DNA from: Vicinamibacterales bacterium
Lineage (GTDB): Bacteria > Acidobacteriota > Vicinamibacteria > Vicinamibacterales > JAMQPK01
Reading direction: 5' to 3'
DNA: 64,000 nt
Assembly: GCA_963761975.1 (NCBI GenBank)
Contig: CAVXIR010000004.1
Coordinates: 2,001,877 to 2,065,876 of the forward strand
The first letter of the stretch is position 1; each line of letters opens with the position of its first letter. The notes beneath the pieces were generated by a model that was not told the DNA's origin, made no database searches, and saw only the letters and a program-made list of their open reading frames with translations. The position numbers and the translations under genes are program-made. Of the stretch, positions 1 to 10,216 are shown piece by piece.

Positions 1-126
1 GCCATGGAAGCGTCCGAGCCGCTCAACGACAAACGCGCTCTGCTGCGGCACGACGATCGCCGTCTTCGCAACGACGATGAGCACGAGAAACGTGAGGACG
101 AGCAACGCGAGGACACCACCGGTCAT
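1..126 (-). CDS. SPFH/band 7 (paraslipin-like) protein, 5' part only (runs off window)
   Basis: Manual translation MTGGVLALLVLTFLVLIVVAKTAIVVPQQSAFVVERLGRFHG; ATGA overlap with upstream NfeD stop; classic NfeD-SPFH pair. Confidence 0.8.
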   Translation of the reverse strand, partial: MTGGVLALLVLTFLVLIVVAKTAIVVPQQSAFVVERLGRFHG

Positions 127-566
127 GGGCGCTCACTTTCTGGCTTGAGAAAAATCATGAGACGGTCCACATCGACGACTTTGCATCGCTGCCCGCGCGC
201 AATCGTGGCGGCCGCCTGATTGCGTGCCGACCAGACCGTGCCGCGCAGCTCGGCCTTGCCGACCGCGCCCGACGGAATATCTTCCATCGGGACGGCGATA
301 TCACCCACGAGTGAGTCAACGTCCCTGCCAGGTTGGTCGAGCTTCATCCACTTCAGTAGCGGGCCGCGAAAGAACAACAGGGAGCCAACCGACATCGCTG
401 AGAACAGCACCAGCTGCACCCAGACCGGACCGGCGAGATCGAGGACGTGCAGACCGGCGATCGCGAGAGCCGCGATGCCGAAGAAAATGACGTAGAACCC
501 GCCCGACGCCGCCATCTCGAGGGCGACCAGGATGAGGCCGATGACCAGCCAGTGCCACCAAAGCAT
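123..566 (-). CDS. NfeD family membrane protein (short form)
   Basis: WWHWLVIGLILVALE N-terminal TMs; C-terminal OB-fold GKAELRGTVWSA. Confidence 0.88.
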   Translation of the reverse strand: MLWWHWLVIGLILVALEMAASGGFYVIFFGIAALAIAGLHVLDLAGPVWVQLVLFSAMSVGSLLFFRGPLLKWMKLDQPGRDVDSLVGDIAVPMEDIPSGAVGKAELRGTVWSARNQAAATIARGQRCKVVDVDRLMIFLKPESERP

Positions 567-592
567 TTCGGAGCCGCCTCATTGTAACCGGT

Positions 593-643
593 GACAGTCG
601 ACAGTCGGCAGTCGGCAGTCGGCAGTCTCAGTCGGCAGTCGGC
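593..643. repeat. 7-nt-period tandem array (CAGTCGG) overlapping GNAT stop codon
   Basis: gacagtc gacagtc ggcagtc ggcagtc ggcagtc tcagtc ggcagtc. Confidence 0.9.
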
Positions 644-1140
644 TGTAGCAGCTTCTCGATCACGATTTCGTCGATATAGCGGCCGTCAATCTTCGCGTGA
701 CGTCCGGCCGTGCCGACGACGCGGAAGCCCTGGGCGAGGTAGGTCTGGAGGGCAGGCTCGTTATCGGCCCGTACGTACGTGAAGAATTTCTCGTAGCCCT
801 TCCTCCGGGCCACCTTGAATGTCGCGGCAAACAGTTGCGTCGCGATCCCCTCGCGGCGGCGATTCAAGTTGATGAACGTGCCGATGACACCGACGTGATC
901 GAAGGCGTGCGTAAAGTCGCCGAACGGCGACACGTCCTGAAGGCCGACAACTCGCCCGGATGTGGAATCGACCGCGACGTGGAAAATGCCGCGCGGTGGA
1001 AAAGTGGAGATGAAGGTTCGCTGTTCTTCAACCGAGAAGGTCGTATCCAGCGCCGTGTAAATGCGCGCCGCGATAATCGGGTTGAGGATGCCCACCATGT
1101 CTTCGGCATCCTCAACCCTAGCATCCCGTATCTCGATCAT
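628..1140 (-). CDS. GNAT family N-acetyltransferase
   Basis: RRREGIATQL acetyl-CoA motif; NEPALQTYLAQGF. Confidence 0.9.
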   Translation of the reverse strand: MIEIRDARVEDAEDMVGILNPIIAARIYTALDTTFSVEEQRTFISTFPPRGIFHVAVDSTSGRVVGLQDVSPFGDFTHAFDHVGVIGTFINLNRRREGIATQLFAATFKVARRKGYEKFFTYVRADNEPALQTYLAQGFRVVGTAGRHAKIDGRYIDEIVIEKLLQPTAD

Positions 1141-1149
1141 CGACTTTCA

Positions 1150-1229
1150 CAGGAGACTACTAGGAGATTAAGAGGGCCAGGAGAATTTTTCTTCGAAAAG
1201 AATTCTCCTGATTCTCCTGATCTCCTGTT
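1150..1229. repeat. Inverted 8-9-nt-period array (CAGGAGA.. / ..TCTCCTG), no cargo
   Basis: acaggagac..taggagatt..ccaggagaatt vs aattctcctg attctcctg atctcctgt. Confidence 0.8.
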
Positions 1230-1248
1230 CAAGTGCGGCCGTGTCAAA

Positions 1249-3418
1249 TCACTTCGCGAGCGGATCGGGTCGCACCTGGAACTGCATCACCTTGCTCGTC
1301 GTGCCCTTGCCCGTCTCCATGTGGAACGGCGCGCGCGTGCTGATGGTCGCCCACAGCCCTCTGCCCTTCCAACCGGCTTTCTCGTCGTCGATGCGTCCGT
1401 CCATCCACTTCGTGTAGAACCCCAGCGGATACGGCACGCGCATCACAACCCAGTTGTTGTTGCTGAAGGCCAGCAACGCTTCTGAGGCATTGCCGGTGTT
1501 GATCGGTGTGTTGGCGCCGAGCCCGGACGTGTTGAACTGATCAACCCAGGTGTAGTAGCTGCCTTCTGTGCTGCCATTGTCGGTGACGCCCCTGAACTGC
1601 GGCAGCGGCTCGACATGGAACGTCCAGCCTTCGCGACAGTGCTGGCCGGTCGCCTTCGGGCCGTTCAGCGGTCCCTTGCACTTGCGACGATCGAAGCTGG
1701 CAAGATGCCCGCTCGACAATGCGGACCAGAACACGCCGTTGCGATCGACATCGCCGCCCCGTGGCGAGAAGCCGAGCACGTCGGCCTTCGGATCGGTCAC
1801 GGCCGGCAACTCGTAGATTTCAGTGAGTGCCGTTTCAGACGGATTCGGTCCGGGAATGACGCGCATAATCGCGCCGGGGAAACTGAGCGACGTTCCCCAG
1901 ATCGAGCCGTCCGGTGCCGGCGAGACGGCATAAAACGGCGAGCTGATGCGGCGGTCCTTCGTGGGATCGGCCGGCTGATCGGGCTCGGTCCAGGCGTCGC
2001 GGCGGCCGTTGCCGTTCGTATCGACGATGAGCGGCGTCCACCCTTGCGACGCCACTTCATCGCCGGTCTCGTCGAACATCTTCGTGTTGAGCCAGCCGAG
2101 GACCTGACCGCCGCCGCTCGTCCACAAGGTGCGATTGGCGTCTTCCGCCGAACATCAGATGATGCGTGGCGTAGCAGGTTCTGATATGCGTGAGCTTCTT
2201 GGTCTGCGGGTCGTACATCTGTAAATGGCGGCTGGCGTTATTGACAGGAAATACCTTGGCCGACGGGTGTGTCGATCCGGCCTTGCAGAAATCCGGATTG
2301 TCGAACGGCGACACGGCCGAGGTGAGCCACAGCCGGTTTCGCTCGTCCAGCATCGGGTTGTGCACGTTGTTCTTGCTCGTCCAGATGACCTCGTCACCCC
2401 AATACGGCGAAGATGCCGGCATCTTGGGGTTGGTGGCCGGCGTATTCGGATCGCGCACGGTCAGCGGAATCCGGCTGACGGTGTGCGTCTTTGGATCCAG
2501 CACCGGCACGTAGTCTGAGCTCAGCTCGAGCGCGCCATAGAGTGGTCCGTACGGATTCAGCCGTGGATTTCGGCGATCGGTCGAGACCGAATCGTGCAGG
2601 TACGATTTCGGATCGGCCCAGTCCCACTGAGTGATGACGATATTGCGCTCCACACCGCGGGGGCGAGGCGGCGCGGCAGGTACTTCGCCGGCGGCGATGC
2701 GATCGGTCCAGTCGGCAAACATCTCCAGCACGCGACGGCGGCCGAAGTTGTTGAGGCCATTGCTCATCCCCAGACCGGCCTGACCCGATTGCACGCGACG
2801 ATCCCATGCCGCGGTCGTCGAGGCGAACGTGCCGAGCTCTTTGGGAATCTCCCGCATCGCCCTGTTGCCGATGGCGTGGCACGCGGTGCAGCCGCCAGAC
2901 TTCAGGCCGCGCAGCCACATCGCCTGATTCTGCATGTTGGGCGAGATACCGTTGCCCATGTCGCCGGTGCCTGGAAACTCGCTTTTATCGGGCACTTTCA
3001 TCAACGAGAGCCAGTAGCCCGCAGGATAGTAGTGGGCGGCCGCGCGGGGATTCGGCGCAACAACCGCTTTCAGGTCGAGGACCTTCCCCGGCACAGACTG
3101 AATTTTCGGCGAATCGACGAGTCCGTATCCTCGTACCCACACGCTGTAGTTCGCCTTCGGCAAATCCGGAAGGAGATACCGGCCGCGATCGTCCGTGACG
3201 ACGATCTTCGCGAACTTCGTCGGCAGATCGCCTGTCTCGGCGATGACCCAGACGCCGGCTTCGGGACCTTTCGGTCCTGTCACTGTGCCGCCGAGGTCAT
3301 CGTTGTCAACTGGGATGGCACCCCCGGCCTGCCAGGCGCTCATCGGGCTGCGCGAGGCCATGAACAGCACGATTCCGAAGATGGCAACGACGACCCACGC
3401 CAGATGTAGCCTTCTCAT
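1249..3418 (-). CDS. Secreted carboxypeptidase-regulatory-like domain + c-type heme motif + beta-propeller protein (frameshift at ~2148)
   Basis: Signal peptide; GTVTGPKGPEAGVWVIA; CTACH. Removing one G joins ORFs 2057..3418 and 1249..2127 as HHLMFAEDANRTLWTSGGG. Confidence 0.75.
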
Positions 3419-3443
3419 ATGCCCTCCCTGAAATAAAACCTTA

Positions 3444-3475
3444 GCAGGAGATCAGGAGATGAGGAGCTCTCCTGT
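3444..3475. repeat. Short CAGGAGAT-type array
   Basis: gcaggagatcaggagatgaggagctctcctgt; same unit as 1150-1229. Confidence 0.7.
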
Positions 3476-5055
3476 TAGTTCCTGCGAACGACCCGTCCTG
3501 AGCGCGCTGAGGTCATGGCTTTTCCGTCGAACGCGACCTGTCCGTTGACGATCACCGACGAGAATCCTTCCGCATACTGATGGGGCTTTTCGAACGTCGC
3601 GGTATCGCGCACGCGCGCCGGATCGAAGACGACGATGTCGGCTTTCATGCCCGGCCGCAGAATGCCGCGGTCGTTCACCTTGATCCGCTGTGCGGGAAAC
3701 GACGTCATCTTTCTGATCGCATCTTCCAGCGCCAGCACGTTCTTCTCACGCACATACACGCCGAGCACCCGCGCGAACGTTCCATAACTTCTCGGGTGCG
3801 GCACGCCTTGGTTGAGAATCTGCACCCAGCCGTCTGACGCGATCATGGTTGCGGGATGCCGCATGATGCGCTCGAGATCCTGCTCGGCCATCGCGTGATA
3901 GACGCCCTGGCAATTCCCCTGCTCGACGATCCACAACGCCGCTTCAGCGCCGTTCTCGATGGTCGGCTCCATGCCCCGCATCTTCGCCACATCGGCGAGA
4001 TTCTTCCCCGCCATCGCCGCATCGAAATCGCAGTGCGCGAGGAAGACGTTCTTCGGATCGCCCCCGCCTCGTTCTTCACGAATGATGCGCACCGTCTCGG
4101 ATGCGATCTCCTTGCGCTGCGACGGATTCTTCAAGCGCGCGAGCATCTGTTCGCGCCCGCCTTCCTGCGCCCACTGCGGAACCATCGACGCCACGAACGC
4201 GTTGCTCGATGCCGTGTAAGGGTACTGATCGCTCGTCGCATCAACGCCGCGCACGCGCGCCGCTTCGAGCAGCTTCAAGGTCTCGACGCTCTTGCCGTAG
4301 TTGGCCGGGCCCACAATCTTGTGATGGGTCACCTGCGTCGGCAGCCCGCCTTCTTCGCCGATGCGGATGGTCTCTTTCACGCTGTCGATCACCCCGAACG
4401 CCTCGTCGCGCATGTGAGAGATATGAATCCCTCCGTATCTCGCCGCCACCTTCGCCAGCTCGATGACTTCCTCGATAGGGGTGAAGGCACCGGGAACGTA
4501 GAACAGGCCGGTACTCATGCCCAATGCGCCCGCCTTCATGGCTTCGTCGACGATGCCGCGCATCTTGTCGAGCTCGGCGGGCGTCGGACGCCGGTTCGCC
4601 CGGCCGAGCACCGCCTCGCGCACCGAGCCCTGCCCGACGAACGAACCGATGTTGATCGACTTCTGCAGCGCGTCGAGCTTCTCCAGGAAGGGACCGAGGG
4701 GGACAGCAGATCCGCCGTCCGGTCCTTCGATGATGGTGGTCACACCCTGCCTGATGTAGTTGTCTGCGGTCGGCAGCTCGAAGATGTTTTCGCGACCGTG
4801 ATTGTGAACGTCGATGAAGCCAGGCGATACGATCTGCCCGCCCGCATCGATGACTCGCGTCGCCTTTTCTGTGATCGATGGGGAAACGGCCGCGATGGTG
4901 TCGCCACGGACCCCGATGTCCGCGCGGTACCAGGGGCTGCCCGTCCCGTCGACGATGCGCCCGTTACGAATGACCAGATCGAACGGCGCCGTCTGGGCGT
5001 TGACCATCGCGAACGCCGCAATCGTGGCCACGCATACGAATGCAATGATTCTCAC
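3475..5055 (-). CDS. N-acyl-D-amino-acid deacylase (D-aminoacylase, amidohydrolase superfamily)
   Basis: PGFIDVHNH, QGVTT, SHMRDE, DQYPYTASS, HPRSYGTF, GMKADIVVFD; GTG start at 5055 precedes a signal peptide. Confidence 0.92.
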   Translation of the reverse strand: MRIIAFVCVATIAAFAMVNAQTAPFDLVIRNGRIVDGTGSPWYRADIGVRGDTIAAVSPSITEKATRVIDAGGQIVSPGFIDVHNHGRENIFELPTADNYIRQGVTTIIEGPDGGSAVPLGPFLEKLDALQKSINIGSFVGQGSVREAVLGRANRRPTPAELDKMRGIVDEAMKAGALGMSTGLFYVPGAFTPIEEVIELAKVAARYGGIHISHMRDEAFGVIDSVKETIRIGEEGGLPTQVTHHKIVGPANYGKSVETLKLLEAARVRGVDATSDQYPYTASSNAFVASMVPQWAQEGGREQMLARLKNPSQRKEIASETVRIIREERGGGDPKNVFLAHCDFDAAMAGKNLADVAKMRGMEPTIENGAEAALWIVEQGNCQGVYHAMAEQDLERIMRHPATMIASDGWVQILNQGVPHPRSYGTFARVLGVYVREKNVLALEDAIRKMTSFPAQRIKVNDRGILRPGMKADIVVFDPARVRDTATFEKPHQYAEGFSSVIVNGQVAFDGKAMTSARSGRVVRRN

Positions 5056-5067
5056 GAGCGATTCTCC

Positions 5068-5134
5068 GCCGGGTCTAAAGAGCAAGACCCGGCCTACGTG
5101 GTACGTAGGGCGGGTCCTGCTCTTCGGACCCGCC
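5068..5134. repeat. GTAG-type REP doublet (inverted pair)
   Basis: gccgggtc..gacccggcCTAC gtggtac GTAGggcgggtcc..ggacccgcc. Confidence 0.8.
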
Positions 5135-5139
5135 AACCT

Positions 5140-7341
5140 TCAGGACCCGCCAACACGTTCACGCATTTCCAGGCCGGCTTCAACCTCTTTTTTGTCGCGG
5201 CGCACGGGCAGCAGCCGCTTCTGCACCATCAGAGGCAGCTGGTCTTCCAGGTGCGGCGAGCCGGGCTGGGTGGCGTTGCCATAACCAAGCAGGCACTGTG
5301 CCCTCTGGGCCCGGGCAAACTCGATGGCACATACTATCGTTTCGCCGCTGGCCGCGTAGAACTTGTTGCCCTCCTGCCGCGTAAAGGCGATGGTCCGGAA
5401 CAACCCTGAGCCGCCCGGGCCGCCGTTGCCCGGCAAATCGGCGCGTCCGCTGGCGAATCGGAACACGTCGCCCCACTTCACATCAAGCGCGCCGTACTGC
5501 TTGCGGCACTCGTCGGCTGCCACAGACAAGGCGGCGGCCGCCGCCGCGGGATCGGCAAGCCCATACGCCGAGTCGAGTGGACGTGCCGGATCGTACGCGA
5601 CCCGGAGTTTGTTGGCCATCCCGCCATTGGCCCCTGAAAAGTAGCGATCGACGAACATTTGAAAGAGGACCGCGCCCTGACTGTCGACGTCGGTGAGCCG
5701 GTCCCACTTTGCGAGCACGCGCGCCGCTTCGGTCCCGGCGGCCGCCTGCAGGAGGTCGGGAAGGACCTTATCGGCGAGCTCCATGCGCGTGGAGTGCTTC
5801 TTCGCGATCAGTTGTTCGTACGTGATTTTGGGCCCCTCGGTAATCATCCGCAACGACCGCAGCGTCCGCATCTGTGGCAGCGCCTGACCCGTAGGGGCGA
5901 CGTAGGCTGGATACTTGGATCGATCCACCTGTGGAAGCGTCATCAGCCAGGGAGGCTCGTTGGCGTTCTGATGCCAGCCGCTGGCTGGGTCGATCGATTT
6001 CGGGAGATCTTCGAATGACAGATAGTCGGTCCAGAGCGTCTCGGATGTATCGCCCGGAACCACTCCCGACCAGTACTGAAAGTCGTGCAACCGCCGTCTG
6101 GGCACAAGCCCGTCGAAGACGAACATGATATGTCCGCGATCGTCGGCGTAGTTGGCGTGCCACATCGGCACCGACATCATGCGAAGAGCCGACTGAAACT
6201 CCTCGAGGGTGCGGGCTTCACCCATCCTGAACCACTGCTCGAGCATCTTCGGACGATCGAGGCCGGCCACGCGCATGGCGATGGTGATGCCGTTCTGATC
6301 GTAGACGACAGGACCATGGACGCTGCGCCGAATGTCGAGCCGCTCTTCGCGCACTGACCCATCGGCCTGCTTCACCTTGATGGTGCGCGACTCGCGTTCG
6401 AACGGACGTGCGGCGCCATCGAAGAGGTACTGCCCGTCCTTGACGGTCAGTCTGAAAAAGTCGACAGTGTCGATCGTGTTCACCGTGCGGCCCCAGCCGG
6501 TATGGCGATTGAACCCGACGACGGCAACGGGAAACCCGACCTGAGGCGCGCCGACCTGGTCATAGTCGGGTCCCACCAGGTGGACCTGCATGTACCTATA
6601 GAAGGTGTTTCCCCACGAGAGGTGGGGATTGATGATGAGCATCGCGCTTCCGCTTGCCGATCGCGAAGGTCCGACGGCCCAGGTATTTGATCCCGCTGAG
6701 AGCTCGTTGTCAGGGCAGATGGCTGATGGCTGATGGCAGAGATTACCGTCGGCCGTCTGCCATGTGCCATCTGCCATGACTGACGGCATGCCGGCGGCCC
6801 TGACGGACCGCAGCATGGCGTTCACCTCGTTCGTCATGCGCGCGCGCGATCCCATGTAGCCATAGTGAACGGCGCGAAGAGGATGCTGCACGACGTCGAC
6901 TCCCGACACGGGCAGCACGACGCGGTACTCCGGGCTGACACCGGCCGGATGCTTCGACGCAAAGTCGTTGATACCACGCGCGAACGCGTCAAGGTAACGG
7001 CGGAACTGCGGGTCCTGAGCGTCGTACCACTGTCGTGCGCGTTCGGGCACGCCATTCAGCTGCACCCATCGATCGAGTTCGAGGTTCGCCTCGCCGCCCC
7101 AATATTCGGCCGCACGCCCGCGCGATTCGCCGTACAAGCGCAGGAGCAGGTCGGCGTGATTCCGCATCTGCGCCCACCCGTGTGCATAAAACATCGATTC
7201 GCGATCGGCCGCGTAAATATGCGGCACGCCATAACGATCCCAGAGAATTTCCGCGTTTTCGGCAGCGAATGGTTTCGCGATCGAAAGGGACACCACAAGT
7301 CCAAGACATGTGACGCCGGCGCAGCGCATCAGACGCATCAT
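5140..7341 (-). CDS. Penicillin acylase family (Ntn hydrolase, peptidase S45)
   Basis: ILWDRYGVPHIYA; catalytic GSNTWAVG; NPHLSW; HQNANE. Confidence 0.92.
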   Translation of the reverse strand: MMRLMRCAGVTCLGLVVSLSIAKPFAAENAEILWDRYGVPHIYAADRESMFYAHGWAQMRNHADLLLRLYGESRGRAAEYWGGEANLELDRWVQLNGVPERARQWYDAQDPQFRRYLDAFARGINDFASKHPAGVSPEYRVVLPVSGVDVVQHPLRAVHYGYMGSRARMTNEVNAMLRSVRAAGMPSVMADGTWQTADGNLCHQPSAICPDNELSAGSNTWAVGPSRSASGSAMLIINPHLSWGNTFYRYMQVHLVGPDYDQVGAPQVGFPVAVVGFNRHTGWGRTVNTIDTVDFFRLTVKDGQYLFDGAARPFERESRTIKVKQADGSVREERLDIRRSVHGPVVYDQNGITIAMRVAGLDRPKMLEQWFRMGEARTLEEFQSALRMMSVPMWHANYADDRGHIMFVFDGLVPRRRLHDFQYWSGVVPGDTSETLWTDYLSFEDLPKSIDPASGWHQNANEPPWLMTLPQVDRSKYPAYVAPTGQALPQMRTLRSLRMITEGPKITYEQLIAKKHSTRMELADKVLPDLLQAAAGTEAARVLAKWDRLTDVDSQGAVLFQMFVDRYFSGANGGMANKLRVAYDPARPLDSAYGLADPAAAAAALSVAADECRKQYGALDVKWGDVFRFASGRADLPGNGGPGGSGLFRTIAFTRQEGNKFYAASGETIVCAIEFARAQRAQCLLGYGNATQPGSPHLEDQLPLMVQKRLLPVRRDKKEVEAGLEMRERVGGS
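6711..6780. repeat. Inverted 7-nt-period array (GATGGCT / GCCATCT) in frame inside the acylase
   Basis: cagggca gatggct gatggct gatggca ... ccgtcgg ccgtctg ccatgtg ccatctg ccatga. Confidence 0.8.
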
Positions 7342-8168
7342 TGGGCCTCCGTGGTTACAATGCACGTGACAGTACCGACTGCTGTATCCCCCCACAACTG
7401 GCGCAGGATCGGCCCGACGTCGCCGGGCTGCCCGGTCGTCCAGAACCGCTCTCCGCCAGCCTCGTCCGAGCCGTTCAGCAACCCGCTCGTCTCGAGCCGC
7501 CGGCGCAACTCGCGGGCAACAGCGGCGGCGGGATCGATCACATCGACGCCAGGCCCCGCGACCTGTTCGATGAGGGGCCGCAGAAAAGGATAGTGCGTAC
7601 ATCCGAGGACGAGGATATCAGCACCCTTGTCGACGATGGGCTGCACGTACCGCTTCACGAGCGCGCGTGTATCGTCCGACGTGAGCCTCCCCTTCTCGAC
7701 CTGATCGGCGAGGCCCGGACAGGGCTGAATGACGAACTCGACGTCCGACCCGTAATTGGCGAGCAACTTGCTCATATTCGGGCTCGAAAGCGTGCCCGTT
7801 GTCGCCAGCACTCCGACGATGCGCGACCGCGTTTGCAGGGCGGCCGGCTTGACGGCCGGCTCGATCGCCACGATGGGCATCGTGAAGCGGGCACGAAGTG
7901 CCTCGACGGCCGCGCCGGTTGCTGTATTGCAGGCAACCACGACAGCCTTCGCACCCTGCTGAACCAGGAAATCCGTAATAGTGATAGCACGCCCGGCGAC
8001 GAAGGCCGCTGGTCGCTCGCCGTACGGCGCATATGCAGAATCGGCGACGTACAAGAAATGTGCACGTGGGAGTTCCTGCCGCATGGCCCGAAGTACCGAC
8101 AAGCCGCCTACGCCCGAATCGAATACACCCACCGCTGCAACCATTCTGGCGTCCACGTCGTCTTGCAT
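7338..8168 (-). CDS. murI: Glutamate racemase
   Basis: VFDSGVGGLSV, VVACNTA, VLGCTHYP motifs. Confidence 0.96.
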   Translation of the reverse strand: MQDDVDARMVAAVGVFDSGVGGLSVLRAMRQELPRAHFLYVADSAYAPYGERPAAFVAGRAITITDFLVQQGAKAVVVACNTATGAAVEALRARFTMPIVAIEPAVKPAALQTRSRIVGVLATTGTLSSPNMSKLLANYGSDVEFVIQPCPGLADQVEKGRLTSDDTRALVKRYVQPIVDKGADILVLGCTHYPFLRPLIEQVAGPGVDVIDPAAAVARELRRRLETSGLLNGSDEAGGERFWTTGQPGDVGPILRQLWGDTAVGTVTCIVTTEAQ

Positions 8169-8294
8169 GCGTGTGCCTGCATTCTACGTCGATTAAACCC
8201 GAACGTCATTCGAACCGGGTCGATTGTGCGTTACTCAATTGACGCACGGATTAACCATCGATGCCGTCCGGGCGTAGTTACGGATGAATGCGCC

Positions 8295-8336
8295 CGTTCG
8301 ACATGCTCAGGGCGTCCCGAGCTTGTCGAGGGACGG
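8295..8336. repeat. Palindromic dispersed repeat (TTCGACAxGCTCAGG..CCGAGCTTGTCGA type)
   Basis: ttcgacatgctcaggg cgt cccgagcttgtcga hairpin. Confidence 0.65.
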
Positions 8337-8383
8337 GGCAACTAAGACGACAGGAGCACCGTCTAACGCCTGTGAGAAACAAC

Positions 8384-8959
8384 ATGCGGCAATTTGCGAT
8401 GGTGGCATTGACATTCTGCGCGTGGTTGCTGCTGCCGCGTCCCACAATCGCACAATCAAATTCCGGATTCGAACTCGCGCGCACGTCGTTCACGTCGGTA
8501 CGTGAATATGTCGCCGCCGAAGCCATTCCGACACAACTATCACCGCCACCTAACGTTGTCGTGTCGGATGCGTATCGTGGGCTTCTCGATTCGATGCTGC
8601 GCGACTCTCCGACCTTCCGTCGGCAGTGCCTGCGGATTGGCGCAGAGGCCACGCTTACTGTGTATCTCAAGATCGAGCCACTCCGTGTGCGATCCGATTT
8701 TCGAGCCACGACCAACGTGAGGCGCCAGCCGAACGGCCGTCTCGTAGCGGACATCGCCATTTCTCCGCTCACTGACGTCGTCGAGTTGATCGCACACGAG
8801 TTCGAACACGTCATCGAACAGCTCGACGGCGTTGATCTAGCCGCGCTTGCCGCCCTGCCTCGTACCGGCGTCCACGAAGACGGGGGCTTTCCTGAAACCT
8901 TCGAGACTGTGCGCGCGACACGCATCGGACGAAAGGTCACCGCGGAAGTACGGCGGTAA
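8384..8959 (+). CDS. Secreted hypothetical protein with HExxH motif (possible zinc metalloprotease)
   Basis: Signal peptide MRQFAMVALTFCAWLLL..AQ; AHEFEHV. Confidence 0.6.
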   Translation: MRQFAMVALTFCAWLLLPRPTIAQSNSGFELARTSFTSVREYVAAEAIPTQLSPPPNVVVSDAYRGLLDSMLRDSPTFRRQCLRIGAEATLTVYLKIEPLRVRSDFRATTNVRRQPNGRLVADIAISPLTDVVELIAHEFEHVIEQLDGVDLAALAALPRTGVHEDGGFPETFETVRATRIGRKVTAEVRR

Positions 8960-8961
8960 TC

Positions 8962-10083
8962 ATGAAAGCCATGGCCATCGGGCTCGTGATGAGCGCGATG
9001 CTGACCGTCGATCAACGCGATATGCACCGGTCCGGACTCGACGGCCCTTCGTCCGCCGTCAGCGTTGATGGCCGCTATATCGCGTTCATCACGTATGCGC
9101 AGCTTGCCGGCGCCGACACCGATAATGCGAGTGATGTGTACGTCCTGGATCGGATTCGACAGGAGGTCACATTCGAAAGCCCAGACGTCACGGGCGCGAT
9201 CGATTGTTTCCACGCCGGCATCAGTGGCGACGGCCGCTACCTGGTTTACGAGATGGATGGGTCGATCGTGTGGCGCGACCGAAGCAGGAATGTCACTCGC
9301 ATCGCGGCCGAAGGCCGGCAGCCGTCCATCTCCCACGATGGCCACATCATCGTGTTTGCATCCGGCCGTGACATCTATTCGGTCGACCCGCACAGTGGCA
9401 AAACCAGGCGCATCAGCATCGAGCTGCCAGGTGTCGACGCAGCTCACGCCGGGAGCGTCAAACCCGAGGTCAGCGCCGACGGCAGATACGTGGCTTTCTC
9501 GACGAGGCTGGCGTTCGCAGGTCCTCGTTCACCGGACTCGAGGGTCTTTGTGCGCGACACCGCGCTGAACGTCACCAGGCTTGTCGGAACCGGATGGGCG
9601 CCGTCGATAAGCGGCGATGGCCGGTATGTCGCGTTCGTCGGCCCGGCGGGCAACGTCAGCCACGTCTTCCTGGCCGATCTTCAAACCGGCACGACACGAG
9701 TCATCACGAAGAGCGTGAGGCGCGGGCGGGCCAATGGTTCGAGCGCCAACCCTGGTCTCTCCTCCGACGGCCGCTTCGTCGTGTTTCAATCACAGGCGAA
9801 CGATCTGGTTCGAGAGGAAGACGTCAATCTGTTGTGGGACGTGTTTCTCTACGATCGTACACGCGATACGATTGCGCGGGTCAGCGGCGATTCTGATGAT
9901 GTCTGGATGGAGCCCAGTATCGGGCCTTCCATCGACGGAACGGGTTCGGTGATCGCATTCTCGTCACGCCATCCGACCGGTTTGGCTGACAAGCGCAACG
10001 ATTTCGATCTGTACGTCGCAACGACTCACAGCCCCCGTACTAACGCAGCCTTCTTAACAGAAGACCAGAAGGTCAGAAGATAA
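8962..10083 (+). CDS. TolB/PD40-repeat beta-propeller protein
   Basis: Repeated PSISGDGRYVAF motifs; DTDNASDVYV. Confidence 0.85.
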   Translation: MKAMAIGLVMSAMLTVDQRDMHRSGLDGPSSAVSVDGRYIAFITYAQLAGADTDNASDVYVLDRIRQEVTFESPDVTGAIDCFHAGISGDGRYLVYEMDGSIVWRDRSRNVTRIAAEGRQPSISHDGHIIVFASGRDIYSVDPHSGKTRRISIELPGVDAAHAGSVKPEVSADGRYVAFSTRLAFAGPRSPDSRVFVRDTALNVTRLVGTGWAPSISGDGRYVAFVGPAGNVSHVFLADLQTGTTRVITKSVRRGRANGSSANPGLSSDGRFVVFQSQANDLVREEDVNLLWDVFLYDRTRDTIARVSGDSDDVWMEPSIGPSIDGTGSVIAFSSRHPTGLADKRNDFDLYVATTHSPRTNAAFLTEDQKVRR

Positions 10084-10216
10084 GTACTTGTGATCTGTCC
10101 GTCGCAACGATTCACACACCAATTACTGACGCAGATTCTTGTAACAAAAGATCAGAGTAGAAGGTTAGAGCGTTTTCCGATTGTGCGTAGTTTGCCGGCA
10201 AGGTCTTTTTTTGTCT

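Noticed and set aside
3856..5409. Long antisense ORFs (also 25796..27481, 41715..43136, 16359..17507)
   Set aside because: Shadow frames opposite well-supported genes in high-GC DNA; no recognisable motifs.
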